The position numbers and the translations under genes were made by a program. From positions 125,309,741-125,373,740 of the forward strand of contig CM041465.1 in assembly GCA_023213395.1 (NCBI GenBank): a stretch of 64,000 bases of DNA. Reading direction: 5' to 3'. The stretch comes from Cycas panzhihuaensis. Taxonomy: Eukaryota; Plantae; Cycadophyta. Under the pieces are notes generated by a model. The model worked only from the letters and a program-made list of their open reading frames with translations. It was not told the origin of the DNA and made no database searches. Positions 63,491-64,000 of the stretch are shown here, in pieces (position 1 is the first letter of the stretch; each line of letters starts with the position of its first letter).

Positions 63491-64000
63491 ACTTTTCTCT
63501 AAGTTGCTCCCTTCATCTTTGAGCAACCATTCTCACTTCTTCTTCCTTCTTCTACACTACTTCATTACATTTCCCATTTGTAAATAGTGATCGGTCATTT
63601 ATTACCATCACTTTTATAGTCCCTTGTTCATTTCTTCCCTTCTAAAAGACATAATGTCTTCACAGTTCAAGCAAAATGTGAGCGCATTCTAAAAGGAAAG
63701 AAAATTGGGACATGTGGTTCACTGGTGTCAGAAATGCTGCAAAGTATGAAGGTCTATGGAGAGATCACTTACAACCTACACCACATTGCATACGGCTACC
63801 ACAATTGCTTGAGGAGGTGCTCCAGCCTCCCATCGTCGTAGCTAAACGCCAATGGGAACTTGATGATGATAAAATCCGTGCGGGGATCTCGCTTGTCACC
63901 GATTATTCCTGCATAATCTCATTGATGAAGTACATGATACTGACATGGAAAGTTCTTGAAGTTCTTACGAAGAACTTTGACACTAAATCGAGACTTAGAA

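Larger units (their letters stand above)
61332..64000 (+). mobile_element. 5' part of a copia-like element, running off the window
   Basis: LTR TGAAAAG...CTTTTCA 61332-61629, PBS TGGTATCGAGC 61632-61642, ~2 kb leader, gag-like LKGK/ENWDMWFTGVRNAAKYEGLW...WELDDDK from ~63654. Confidence 0.8.

Overview
Eukaryotic, AT-rich, TE-saturated plant DNA, inferred to come from a large genome (gymnosperm-like is a guess from the element types). No intact host gene, RNA gene or CRISPR array is supportable. The window is a stack of nested, mostly decayed LTR retrotransposons, and every recognisable primer-binding site is the tRNA-iMet type (TGGTATCAGAGC-like). Two elements are structurally complete and autonomous-type: a Ty3/gypsy chromovirus (5812-11580, TSD TGCAA) and a Ty1/copia (41266-46531, TSD GATAA). 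One complete element lacks pol (53073-57136, TSD GTATT). The rest comprises several pieces of a non-chromovirus gypsy family (Athila/Phygy-like), more copia remnants and an Hsp70 C-terminal pseudogene fragment. Four observations stand out. (1) The non-chromovirus family carries two extra tandem capsid-NTD-like modules between protease and RT, conserved gaplessly in two divergent copies. (2) A group of pol-less elements encodes only capsid-NTD-like modules plus low-complexity tails. (3) Some of these share two compact structured cis-motifs with the autonomous chromoviruses: a double hairpin downstream of the LTR TATA box (about 11 occurrences) and a covarying AGGG-loop hairpin before the PPT, which suggests a helper/satellite system. 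(4) The Hsp70 fragment lies in sense orientation downstream of an LTR and PBS. Translations and alignments were done by eye, and boundaries without a TSD are approximate.
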